Position numbers and translations under genes: made by a program. A model generated the notes under the pieces. The model had not been told where the DNA came from. It was given only the letters and a program-made list of their open reading frames with translations, and did no database searches. A stretch of DNA of 64,000 nt from Eledone cirrhosa (taxonomy: Eukaryota): assembly GCA_964016885.1 (NCBI GenBank), contig CAXHJY010000639.1, forward strand, positions 62,001-126,000, written 5' to 3'. Shown here in pieces: positions 51,641-64,000 of this stretch. Position 1 is the first letter of the stretch. The number at the start of each line of letters is the position of its first letter.

Positions 51641-52829
51641 CATCATTGTTTAATGTCTGTTTTGATGATGATGATGATGATTTATGGTGCAAAGGGATAA
51701 TTTTAGATACAATTTACTTAGTGTTGGCAGTGTGGAGTTGAAAGTAAATGTGAAAACATTCTCCACATCAGTACAACATGCAGAACTATCATCCTTGAAA
51801 AGTGGAGGAAAGAGGTTTTCCACAAAGGTAGAGAGCATTGACAAAAGATAAAAAATATCAACCGTAGTATGAGAGAGCTTGCAGAATGTGCACAGTATAG
51901 AGGCAGCCGTCATGATTCAGATGATGGCCTTAAAGGATTATTATTATTATTATGAAAGGTCTTGTAGATTGTCCGTATTGGTAAAGTACCGGACAAAATG
52001 GTTTGTGGTATTTAGTCACGACTTACTACATTCTGAGTTCAAATCCCACAAGGTCAACTTTACCTTTTATTCTTCCAGAGTTGATAAAATATAGTAGCAG
52101 TTAAGTACTAAGGTCAATATAATCGATTTCTACTGTATCAAATTGCTGGCCCTGTGTTAGTGTTTGAAAGAATTATTATGAAAGGTCTGGATCTTGAGGT
52201 AAGGACATTCTTCCTAGAACTGGATGGTAGATCAGTGGTCTTGGAAGTGAAGGTACTACTTAAGTGTTTAAGACTGAAGCCAGGCAACCAGACTTGTTCA
52301 AGTGTCTGGAAACACCCTCCTGCTCATTAGTATAAGTGAGCAATAGGAATGGCATCTTAAATGTGGAATTAGCTGGCAGGCTTGATTTTGATTTTCCAAA
52401 TATGTGCTTGGACTAATTGCATTGGGTGGTCCAGGAGGTATCTAAATCTGTTGGGCTACAATATAGAAACTGTCAAGTAGTTGGCTTCAGATCACAAGTT
52501 TGTGATCTTCCCGGTTAACAGACAAGGTCCCAGTTACTGGCTGCTGAACATCTCGTTCCTAATCAAACCTTACAGGGCCTGGTTATTACTGTTGTTTTTG
52601 TGTAACTGGTGTGGTAAGATTTGCTTTGAAAAAAATTTGGTTACTATTTCTAGTCAACCCTCCTTTGTTGGTTTGTACCATTAAACATATCTTTTCTTTG
52701 GTGTCATCTCTGCTTTATATCTGTTAGAAAAGGAGATTCTAGAATTTCTGTTCTTCTGTTTGAACTATAGTTTAATGTGACAATGTAAAAAATGAGAAAG
52801 TTAAATTAAAATAAAGAAAAATCCATTAT

Positions 52830-55007
52830 ATCTTCGTTTCACCTTAAATTGTGCTTCGAGTTCCCAGAGATTCTTGTGACAAAACACAACCATAATATAT
52901 TCTAATATTAAACTTCTCTCCCGCTCGCTCACCTCCACCAGCTTCTGTTAATATAACTATCCAACTTCTACCTGGCTGTCTAATCTATTTATCTATCTAC
53001 CTGGTGTGTGATGTTATTTCAAGTAGTTACGTTTCACGTCCACGCACATGCAATACCGTAACCGTGTTTTCATCCACTTCTTAACTTCGCAAACTATTGC
53101 TATAGTTTGGTATTTTGTTTAATAAAAAAAATACCTCGTGTACAGAGTCAGTAATAGCGGAACTGTGTTTTCATCCTCTTCTTAACTTCACAAACTAATG
53201 CCATAGTTTGGTATTACATTTTATGAAAATACTTCGTGTACAGAGTCAGTCAGTTAGAATCAGAAGCTAAGTAATTCAAATTGTAGAAGCAGTAATGTTA
53301 TTTGTAAAGTCTTTATTCTTTCATTTTGCTTTCGTTTTCGTTACTGAAAGGAAAATCACTAAGTTAATCAAACAATAAAGGTGCTCATACAATTTTTTCT
53401 CTTTATGATCTTATTTATTTGTTTTTCTTTCTCTGTCTCTCTCTCTTACAATCGTTGTACCTATTTTCTTTCATAGTCTGTATTGCAAAGCATCTTTTCA
53501 TTGTGATGTGAATGTACATATATCAGTCTCTTTCATTTTTTGTACCCCTCTTTGCCATTGTATTCTCTCTCTCTCTCTCGTTCACACTAATTTACTCTGA
53601 AGAGGGAGATGCACTTACTATTTTAAATAAATACAAAAAATAACTACAGAAATTTGGCTTCTTATCACCAACTACCACTGATCGATACTTGCACCTACCC
53701 TCCTCTCCCCTCTCACTCTTTTCATACAGTAGTATTCGTAGTAGTTTCTTTATGTCGGTGTTACATACATGCTGCTGCTGCATAAACGTACTGGACACAT
53801 GAGCACAGCTGAGTTATCACCATCATTACCACCAACTACTAGCACCATTGACACCGTCTAATACTGCTGTCTCTACCGTCCGTCTTTTACCCGAACACTT
53901 CAAACACTCTACACGGAAAAACTGCTGAATGAGTGAGTGATATATTACTTCTATTCCATTCATGGTTGTTGTTTTTTAACCCCAGGTCAGTCGTGACCAT
54001 CATGTCATATTTTTATTCAGACATACCACATCTGGGACTACCACTAACCAATATGTCCTTTTTTATTTATTTGAGATATATTAGTTGTCATTTCTAGCAG
54101 GTCAAATGATCAAGTAAAGACCCGTTGGGTGTTTATTTTCAGTTCATATTGATTTCATTCTTATCGTCTGTCTAATCCTCCAGCTTCTCTCGTCTTAATA
54201 GTTCATGTTCCCACTCTATATCATTGAAACTCAATTTGTTCCTCTATGCATATATGTAAAATATAGGTATGCATACATGTATGTTGCATGAATGCATGTT
54301 TGATACTTACTACATATACATATATGTATGTTTACATACGCGCACACACACATGTTTATATATATATATATAATCATTGTCTCTGACCAAGCAGCAAGGT
54401 ACACCATGCTTGACCTTCCTGTCTTGTTTCAGCCAAAGTGCATAATCGTCTGTTCTTAAAAAAAAAAGACTAGGGTGTAATTTGAGAAAGTTTTGGCTGC
54501 CATTTCTAACAGGTCATGATTTGATGCATGTTGTATATGTTTGTGATGTTGCTCTTGTGTATCTATGTATCTGGGGATAACCCTGTGTCGATTGTGTGTC
54601 ATGAGCTGTGCTGCTATTAAATATACTAAATGTATCCATAGTTATGTGTGCGTGCGTGTTATGTCATGTATGTCTACCGGTTTCAATTTAGGTGTGCGTG
54701 TTTATGTGTTCTTTTCAAATAGTGTATTCTTTTAAATCTAAACTATTTCATTTCTTTACATTTTTAATATTATTGTTAGTCATATTTAATTTTCTTTTTG
54801 TCAGAATAGTCCATATATAATATAGGTGCGAGTGAGCTAAACTCTTGGATTTGTCATACGTGTTAGTCTGTGCCCTAAATGTGGTGGCGGTGGTGCTGAC
54901 TACATTCCAGTAGTCGCAGCACAATTCCTTAACTCAACCCTAACAATCCTCCATATCTAAGTAATCATATAGTGTGGTTCATATTCCTTTCCTACTTACT
55001 GTTGCTG

Positions 55008-55053
<46 letters not shown>

Positions 55054-55900
55054 AATGAAAGTATATAAATTATTGTGAGCGTGAAGCCAACAGTGACTAT
55101 AACGTCAAAATGGAAAAATAGTTATATATAGAGAGAGAGAGACGACACACATACATATATACACACTTACATATATACACATACACACATTATATATATA
55201 TATATATATACACACGCATAATACACACACACAGACAGAGACAATTATGAGATAAAAATTCAGTCAAACTAAAGCACATAACCTGCCGACAAGTCTATCT
55301 TGTATTAAGAAGTAGGAAAAATATGTTACTATATATATATGACAGTAATGTTTAAGGGTTGCTATATACATATCTAGATTACTATCCTTACAGATTACTA
55401 TCTATAACTGACAGCCAAAAGTTAATATAGTAGTTGAAGGATTTCTTGTCTAGTGATCCTATGAGTACACAGTTGAAACTCCTCAGTAACAAGACTCATC
55501 ATTTAGTCATATTAAAGAATATTAAAACCCTATTTCGGTTTGAGTACCCATTCTCCCGTTCATGGAGATATTATCTAGCATCTGAAAACTCCGAGTGCCT
55601 AGGAAGATGTAATCCAATTTACCGTGTGTTTTACATAATATGATATATAAACTTTCAACTTTATTCGTTTGAAGGAAAATAATGAATTCCCGAGAGTTCT
55701 TCAATAAGAACTAAGTGCTAGTGTTTGAAATTTCTTTACTGGGTTTTGAAGTCTAAAGGCACACTGGGAAGACCTTTGTTACGGCTTGTTCAAGATTGCA
55801 ACTGAATATCCCTTATCATTTCTTCTGTCACTCTGTGTTGGGTGGGACGTGTAATCATGTTTTAAGACTATTACCACTATGCGAGCTGTGTCAGTCAAGC
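52830..55900. promoter_or_regulatory. CpG-retaining, largely unique intronic region; candidate internal promoter/enhancer
   Basis: CpG dinucleotides are visibly frequent here (e.g. CCGCTCGCTC, TTACGTTTCACGTCCACGC, ACCGTCCGTC), whereas the non-TE intron sequence elsewhere is CpG-poor. It contains a ~100-bp tandem duplication and consensus donors on both strands. Confidence 0.45.
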
Positions 55901-56093
55901 GTTTTGTTTACTTTTTAATAAGTAGCCAGATTGTGCTACTTTTCAGAACTTTTTATTTAACTTAGGCTACTTGCTATAAAATTTTTTTTTTTAAAGTAAC
56001 AATCGTATGGAATACCATACTGTATTATCAGCTAAATAAATTTGACGAGCAGCAAGCAATAAATTGGTAACCTAGTGTTACACAATAGAAAAA

Positions 56094-56258
56094 TAATTGT
56101 TTATACTTTTGGCACAAGGCCAGCAATTATCCCAGTGCATTACGGGTACTTTATTTTATCGACCCCGTAAGCATGAAAAGCAAAGTTAACCTCGGCGGGA
56201 TTTGAACTCAGATCGTAAAGGGACGTAACTCAATGCTGCAAAGCTTCCGACCCTCTAA
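56094..56258 (-). mobile_element. tRNA-derived SINE (family 1)
   Basis: Colinear with 6224-6390. Confidence 0.82.
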
Positions 56259-57902
56259 AAAATAACATAAATTGTTTTGTGTATTTAAAAAAAATGACCA
56301 ATTAGTGGGGAAAAACCCCACTTGTGTATCTTCCAAACCTTAAACTTTATTTCAAAATCCCCAACCAATCCCATCAAGAGCTTTGGTTGGAGAGAGAATT
56401 TATTAGTGTAAGGGCATATTGACTGAATTCATAAAAACAATACTTCAATAAATATGAAACTTGTGTCTAAATTATTTTAGTAATCAAACTGCCCACCATC
56501 TCTCATACACAGTCAAATTAAATGTTCTAATTTTATCAGACTATTATGCTTACACTCACACAGCCATATTCTACATATGTCTGTAGTATTGTTGTCTTTG
56601 TTTAGCCCCTGATCAGCTCTGATCTTGCAAGCCTATGGTCAAAGGCATTCCAGCAATGACAGTCCCATATATTTCCAGACATAGTGTGTGTGTATATATA
56701 TATATATATAGGACTGCGATATTTAATGTCCTTCTAATCAAATGACTAGGGTGTGATCTGGCTTCTATTTTTAGTATGTTTAGTGACTATATAGAGTCTT
56801 ATTAAAAACCACATGTTTCTGTTTACTGATACACTGTCTAATAGATCTATTATAGTATTTGGTCCTATTTCAAGTGATGTGGATAGAAAAAGAAACTAAC
56901 AAGCCTATAATGATGCAGACAAAAAAGAAAGAAAATGCATCCTCTTAATTCTTCACTCTTACTCCTCTATTTTATACACAAAAGGGTTAAAAAGCTGGTG
57001 GGCCATCACACTTTTAGTGTCTTGTTCAGTGCTGACCTACAGATATTTCATTATCTCCCTTTACGTTCTCAGTTCAAATCTTGCAGGTGTTCATCTTAAT
57101 TTTCATTTTTCTTTACCAGTAATATTCTCAACATGATTTCAATCATGTTAATTCAAGTAGCTACATCTCTCCCCCTTATGACCTAAACATATGTAACCCT
57201 GTGTTAATTAATCAGTAACTTGAAAATATACCAATACATTTCAAATGTGCTTTTATCTCATTGAAGTCTAAGTTAAGCAATTTTACCTTTTGATAAGTCA
57301 TCATTAAATGATAACTTTATATCGTTATCATTAATGGTTTATCATTAACGATAAATTAGAAACACTATTCTTTAATTTTTCTTCTCTCTCTCATTTGTTT
57401 TGAAACCTTGAAATTCCTCAGCATTTTCTACATTCCTCTCTGTGTATAATCTGTATTTGTATTTTTTATATTTTTATGTTTCTCACTCTCTTTTATTCCC
57501 CCTACCCAACTTTTTCTTTCTCTCAAAAATGTTTGAATTTTTCCACGTATAAAAAAAGGAAAGCAGAAATGTGATGTTTTATTTGATGTACAAACATTTT
57601 AAATGTTTTTTTTTTTTTTTTAGAGCAACATACTTCCACTTTCTAAATTATTGTCAATTATAAAATTTTAAATCACTAGAGGATTGCAGGAGTAAAACTT
57701 AATTTATGATAATTTCTTTTCAATTTTCTTTAATTTATCTTCAATTTTATTTTCTTGCTTATTATTTTCAATTTTATTTTCTTGCTTATTATTTTCAATT
57801 TTTTTCTTGCTTCTTGAGTAGTATATTAGTATATTTGGAAGATAGTTGAACTGTAATGATTTCCATTATAAGTATTGACAATTTCTTGTTTGTTATTCTC
57901 AG

Positions 57903-58040
57903 GTAAAAAACCAAATGGAGGCTCACCACGTGGTGTCGGAGGTTTTCCTCCAAACAAAGTTGGTGGCATTGCTGGCGAGTTATTCCCTGGAGGAATACCG
58001 AAATTACAAAACAAGAGTCAAAAACCAAGAATACCAGCAG
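57903..58040 (+). CDS. WIPF: WIP/verprolin-family conserved exon: Gly-rich linker + second WH2-like motif (46 codons, phase 1-1)
   Basis: Acceptor ttgttattctcAG. Encodes (G)KKPNGGSPRGVGGFPPNKVGGIAGELFPGGIPKLQNKSQKPRIPA, matching WIP 'GGLF.GGMPKL'. Canonical donor CAG|GTAAGG. In frame with exon 17302-17491. Confidence 0.9.
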
Positions 58041-58868
58041 GTAAGGAAGGCTTCCTCAACTTACAGGATTAATGACATTATCTATCTGACTGTCTGAAAA
58101 TTTGCATATATAGAACTGTTAAGTTACTATTATATTAAATATTTGTTACATACACATATGTCTATTATTGATAAGAGAGTCAGAGGGTGGCAATACCTAT
58201 GATCTTTACAGGCCCTCACAAACTGGTGATGTTGTTGAAATTTATTTAAATATTTGTATGACATTATTTACAGTAAAGTGTGAACAAAGATAACATTTTT
58301 TAGGAAGGAGCATGAAATAGTATTTAGTAAGGGTCTGGTAATTAAGACTTAGTGAGGGGTTGCTGGGAAGCATAGAGATATGTGGCTCTAGGTGAAGAAG
58401 AGATGCAGTTAACTATTTCAGAAGAACAGCAACCATTATGGTTGCAGTTGAAGTTGTAGAAAGAGGATTCAGTACATATAAAGGCTAGTGATTGCAGTGT
58501 GTTGGTGAGTTAGTCAATTAGTTGGTGGACAGATGTAGGCTGCATAAGACATAGTGAAAGTAACCTGTTTAAGAGATCAGTCACTCTGAATAAAAATACA
58601 GGGTAGAGAGAACGCTTAAGTCTGGCCAGGCAACCTCTAAATCTGGTGGCACAAATAATGCACCCAGTTCATGCTATAAAGTGGTTGGTTATAGGAACGG
58701 TATCCAACTAGAAAAAAAATTGCCAAAAATATGACTTGAATAGTAGTCTAATACAAGTTTTACTTAAACCCTGAAAGGGCTCAATATACATTGAGTTGAA
58801 TAGATAATCTTAGGTTTGGTTCATTAGTCCAATTCTGAGGTTATTGAAAAATAAATACACCTCTTTAA

Positions 58869-59076
58869 CCCTTTAGCATTTACATTACTCTGTATATACT
58901 ATTGTATTTTCATGCTAAAGGTTTTATCTCTCATAATATTGAATCTATGAGATTTTGAAATTATTTATTTTGAGAACAATACCTTAACATAAGTTTGAGT
59001 GGCTAGATTTGGCCAGTTTGAACAGAAAGAGGTGAGAGAATTATGACTGGATATGGCCAGTTTAAATGCTAAAGGG
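58869..59076 (+). mobile_element. piggyBac-type MITE
   Basis: TTAA-CCCTTTAGCATTTA ... TAAATGCTAAAGGG-TTAT. Same family as the 36803 and 47095 copies. Confidence 0.88.
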
Positions 59077-59452
59077 TTATACTGAAAGGTAAGTTAAACA
59101 CTAGACTAATAAGGTCATATTTTGCCTGTTCCCATGGTTGCTTCACATTCTTTCTAAAATCTTACGTCTGATACCACAAGTGTTGTTGTATACTCATCCT
59201 AAGGTCATGTCCTAACTGATGTCTCAAGTGTTGTGGCATACCAATCCCAAGATCATGTTCTAACTGATGCTTCAAGTGTTGTTGCTCAGTCATAACCAAG
59301 TATTTATTAAAAATTCAAATATAATGTGTATACAATATTAGCACAATATTCACCCTCGCCAAACACCCTGCCAAATAGTTAAAAAAAAGTAATAAATTGT
59401 GTTGGAAAGTAGCCAGAGTGAAAATGTTTAAGTAAATTTTAAAAATATATAC

Positions 59453-59640
59453 ATAATTGTTTCTACTTTTGGCACAAGGCCAGCAATTACCCAGTACATT
59501 ACTGGTACTTTATTTTATCGACCTCGCAAGGATGAAAGGCAAAGTTAACCTCACCGGGATTTGAACTCAGATGGTAAAGGGAAGTAACTATGCTGGAAAG
59601 CATGTCCGACCCTCTACCGATACTGCCAATTCACCGCCCT
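59453..59640 (-). mobile_element. tRNA-derived SINE (family 1), full length with TSD
   Basis: Colinear with the 6224 copy and flanked by ATATATACATAA repeats. Confidence 0.85.
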
Positions 59641-61602
59641 GATATATACATAAAATATATACATAATGATTGCCTAAGCCAGTTCTGATTTACCTAGATG
59701 ATGATTTAATATGATATTCAATAGGATACTTTACCTTTAAAAATACAAATTTTAGAGTAGCAAGTAGCTCAAATTAAAAAAAAAATAGTATAGTGTCCTG
59801 AAAAGTAGTGTAATCTGCTACTTGTAGCCCAATCTGATATCTCAGATTACCTCTAGCAGCCCATTTTCTGAAGGGATGAGAGGTACAATACCAAGTTCAT
59901 CTCACTTTAAATCATCTTTCAACAATTGTCTTTCAACCATTGCATGGTTATGGTGCTGTTAGCAAGCAATCCCCTGCCTAGTCTAATGCCACAGGTAGAG
60001 GTGGTGTGTCATCATGAAGTGCTTTTTTCTGCAAGTGCATCATGAAATGTAGGCTGCATTTTTAGACATGTGACCTATATTAGTGAAACTTGTATGAGCA
60101 TTAGTCAGTGTCTCGTGAATCGTCCCAGACATGAAGGTTTCTCTGATTGTTATTCGACTTGCTAGAAACAGTAGCCAAACCTCCCTCAAACCATACACCT
60201 TACTATCTTAACAAAGGAAGAACATACAAAATAATATTCTAGAAAAGTTGTATAAAAAATGGCTGATATACCTCTCATAATAAGTTGGCTCAATCAAGGC
60301 TGACATAGAACTAAAAAAACAACACTTCCACATAACTCTCATGTGGCTACATAATAGCTAACATTAGTTAACTCCAATAAATGTAAGCACGTTTTTGTTT
60401 GTTTCACTGTGTAATTATGTTATTTGTGTTAGACATGACCATTACAACTTTTTTAAAGCTTAATGTATCTAGGACTACATTATCCGATGTGTTGTTCCTC
60501 TTTTTTTTTTAAGGCAGTAGGATGTAATTTCAAGGACATTTGGCTGCTAATTCTAGCAGTTCAAATAACCACCTAAATGCTCCTTCATTTATAAACCAGA
60601 TAGTGCACAGTTACATTAATGCATAGTCACACTCAGTTTATCATTAGCACATGAAGTATTCCACTTACTCATATATATCTCAGTTCTTTGATCTATTGTG
60701 TCATTTTGCATTGAACCAATCTGTTTGAACAGATAGTCTTTTTAACATGTCATAGCTCACGGTATGTTTATACCAAATCAGGAAATAGGTGTGTGTGTGT
60801 TTGTTTGTAAGTACATATATTTATTCTTATATCTATATGTATACATTAAACATATGAATGAAACCAGGTTTGGGAATTTAAATATCTCACATAAATTTAC
60901 ATATGTAAGACTACATATTTCCAACATATTCATTTTGAACTCTTGTGGTTTTATAATACAAGTATACAACCAAAGACTATGTATATATATATATATCTCA
61001 GAAAAAAGAGAATCAGTGTTGCGACGAAAGGAAAGGAATTGGACATATTACAATTGTTTCTCGGGCGACCAGCTCAAGGCGCAATTGATAAGGTGATCAA
61101 ACCTGACTCTGAATTTGCGCGGTCCTCGGATACGTCTCGATTCTATGAAGCAGATTTTCCTATTCATATGTATATATGTAAAGTGAATGTGTAGGCACTA
61201 CGGAAAGAAAGCACCCAGTACTCACTGTAAATGAAGTTGGTGTTACGAAGGGCATCCAGGTGTAGAAATCAAGCCTGAATCAGTTCCCGTCTAACCCTTG
61301 CAAGCAGGGAAAAGTGGACATAAAATGATGATGTTGATATATATACATATATATATATGTATGTGTGTGTGTATATGTATGTATATATGTATGTATATAT
61401 ATATATATGTATGTATGTATGTATATGTATGTATATATATGTATGTATGTATATGTATGTATATATATGTATGTATGTATATATATGTATGTATGTATAT
61501 GTATGTATGTATGTATATATATGTATCTATGTATATGTATGTATGTATGTATATGTATGTATGTATATGTATGTATGTATATATGTATATATATATATAT
61601 AT

Positions 61603-62180
61603 GTATCCCAGTACAACCTGTCTCATGGTCGGGTCGTTGGCGACTAAACTGGCAACCCCACCAAGGTTTCTTGGTGAGGAGGGTGACTTTGGACATCCTG
61701 CAGGACTAAAAACAAAACCTGTCAAAGGGCAAAGGAGCTCTTAAGAGTCAATGGCCATCCAAAATCACTGGGAGAGATGACCCCTTAGCCTTTGTCAAGG
61801 CAGAATTCTAGGAGAAGGCAAACTCTGATATAACACCTGCAACTCTGATGGTATCCAATGATGTTGACTTGTTCTTCTTTTTGGTAAATATCATCTTGAT
61901 TAAGAGAGTCGGACTGGCTTTGTGCAGTGCCTTTGCTCACTATAAAAGCTTCACGGCACAGGCATTGCTTTATATCTGGAGATCTCTCTGCACTTGTTGT
62001 CACATGGTACCATGGGCCTAGCACTATGTTTCAATAATTGTCACAAGTGTAGTGTTTGTACCAGAGTTTTCAAGTCGCTGGCTGGACTAAAAAGTCAAAC
62101 TCGTTCAGCGCATTGGTAGGGGTTCTCCTACATGGATATAAAGCAGTGGCCGTACTCGAAAACGAGTTGGCAGCCCCCAT
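61603..62180. mobile_element. Unclassified GC-richer interspersed repeat inserted in TA microsatellite
   Basis: Its start (CCCAGTACAACCT...CGGGTCGT...ACTAAACTGGCAACCCCACCAAG...TTGGTGAG, GCAGGACTAAAAAC) has a diverged second copy at ~10565-10765. Confidence 0.55.
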
Positions 62181-62235
62181 GTATATATATGTATGTATAT
62201 ATGTATGTATGTATATATGTATGTATATATATATG

Positions 62236-62273
<38 letters not shown>

Positions 62274-62731
62274 TATATGTATGTATATATATATATATGT
62301 ATATATATATGTATATATATATATATGTATATATATATGTATATATATATGTATATATATATGTATATATATATGTATATATATATGTATATATATATAT
62401 GTATATATATATGTATATATATATGTATATATATGTATATATATATATGTATATATATATATGTATATATATATATGTATATATATATATGTATATATAT
62501 ATATGTATATATATATATATGTATATATATATATGTATATATATATATGTATATATATATATGTATATATACATATGTATATATATATATGTATATATAC
62601 ATATGTATTATATATATATGTATATATACATATGTATATATATATATGTATATATATATATGTATATATACATATGTATATATACATATGTATATATTAA
62701 TAATGTATATATATATATGTATATATATATG

Positions 62732-62762
<31 letters not shown>

Positions 62763-62907
62763 GTATATATATATATGTATATATATATATGTGTATATAT
62801 ATATATGTATATATATATATGTGTATATATATATATGTATATATATATATGTGTATATATATATATGTGTATATATATATATATGTTGTATATATATATA
62901 TATTGTG

Positions 62908-62941
<34 letters not shown>

Positions 62942-62963
62942 TGTATATATAAATATATATATG

Positions 62964-63058
<95 letters not shown>

Positions 63059-63071
63059 GTATATATATATG

Positions 63072-63134
<63 letters not shown>

Positions 63135-63303
63135 GTATATATATATATGTATATATATATATGTATATATATATGTATATATATATATGTATATATATAT
63201 ATGTATATATATATATGTATATATATATATGTATATATATATATGTATATATATATGTATATGTATATATGTATATATATATATATATGTATATATGTAT
63301 ATG

Positions 63304-63384
<81 letters not shown>

Positions 63385-63429
63385 GTATATATATATATGT
63401 ATATATATGTATATATATATATGTATATA

Positions 63430-63496
<67 letters not shown>

Positions 63497-63573
63497 GTAT
63501 ATATATATATGTATATATATATGTATATATATATGTATATATATATGTATATATATATATGTATATATATATG

Positions 63574-63610
<37 letters not shown>

Positions 63611-64000
63611 GTATATATATATATGTATATATATATATGTATATATATATATGTATATATATATATGTATATATACATATGTATATATATATATGTATAT
63701 ATACATATGTATATATATATAGTATATATACATATGTATATATACATATGTATATATACATATGTATATATACATATGTATATATATATATGTATATATA
63801 CATATGTATATATACATATGTATATATATATGTATATATATATATGGTATATATATATGTATATATATATGTGTATATATATATATTGTGTATATATATA
63901 TATGTATATATATATATGTGTATATATATATATGTGTATATATATATATATGTGTATATATATATATATGTGTATATATATATATATGTATATATATATA
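62180..64000. repeat. >1.8 kb compound (TA)n/(TATG) microsatellite; a shorter (TATG)n tract lies at 61337-61605
   Basis: Directly visible. It produces the spurious YI/IH-repeat ORFs. Confidence 0.98.

Noticed and set aside
53592-53798. 68-aa - strand ORF in the CpG-rich region
   Set aside because: No recognisable homology and a GTG start. It is retained only as part of the possible antisense non-coding exon hypothesis.
61280-63817. Long ORFs of up to 570 aa (YI/IH/MY repeats)
   Set aside because: These are translations of TA/TATG microsatellite, which lacks stops in several frames.

Overview
This is AT-rich, repeat-dense, intron-containing animal genomic DNA. The SINE/RTE families and (TA)n/(GAT)n tracts look octopus/cephalopod-like (inference). 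The window holds the 5' part of one + strand gene of the WIP/verprolin (WAS/WASL-interacting protein, WIPF) family. Its first coding exon (17302-17491) encodes poly-Pro plus a WH2 motif, and the next conserved exon (57903-58040) encodes the Gly-rich 'GELFPGGIPKL' second WH2-like motif. The most notable observation lies in the ~40 kb between these two exons. It contains five additional open, frame-preserving phase-1/phase-1 candidate exons (117, 345, 678, 789 and 96 nt; 675 codons in total). All five end at weak G|GTA donors, all carry a Trp-containing motif 7-10 residues before the exon end, and several contain extra WH2-like L-K/R-K motifs. This looks like a combinatorial or mutually exclusive cassette array of candidate actin-binding modules inserted into WIP. 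The rest is intronic mobile DNA: RTE LINEs (one near full length, with a PHD-type finger), two Helitrons with nested cargo, piggyBac-type TTAA MITEs, Penelope-like remnants with a hammerhead core and fold-back hairpins, CRE- and Tx1-like fragments, many tRNA-derived SINEs, a CpG-retaining intronic island at ~52.8-55.9 kb, and a >1.8 kb TA-rich microsatellite at the end. All exon calls come from reading splice signals and frames by eye; no expression or database evidence was available.
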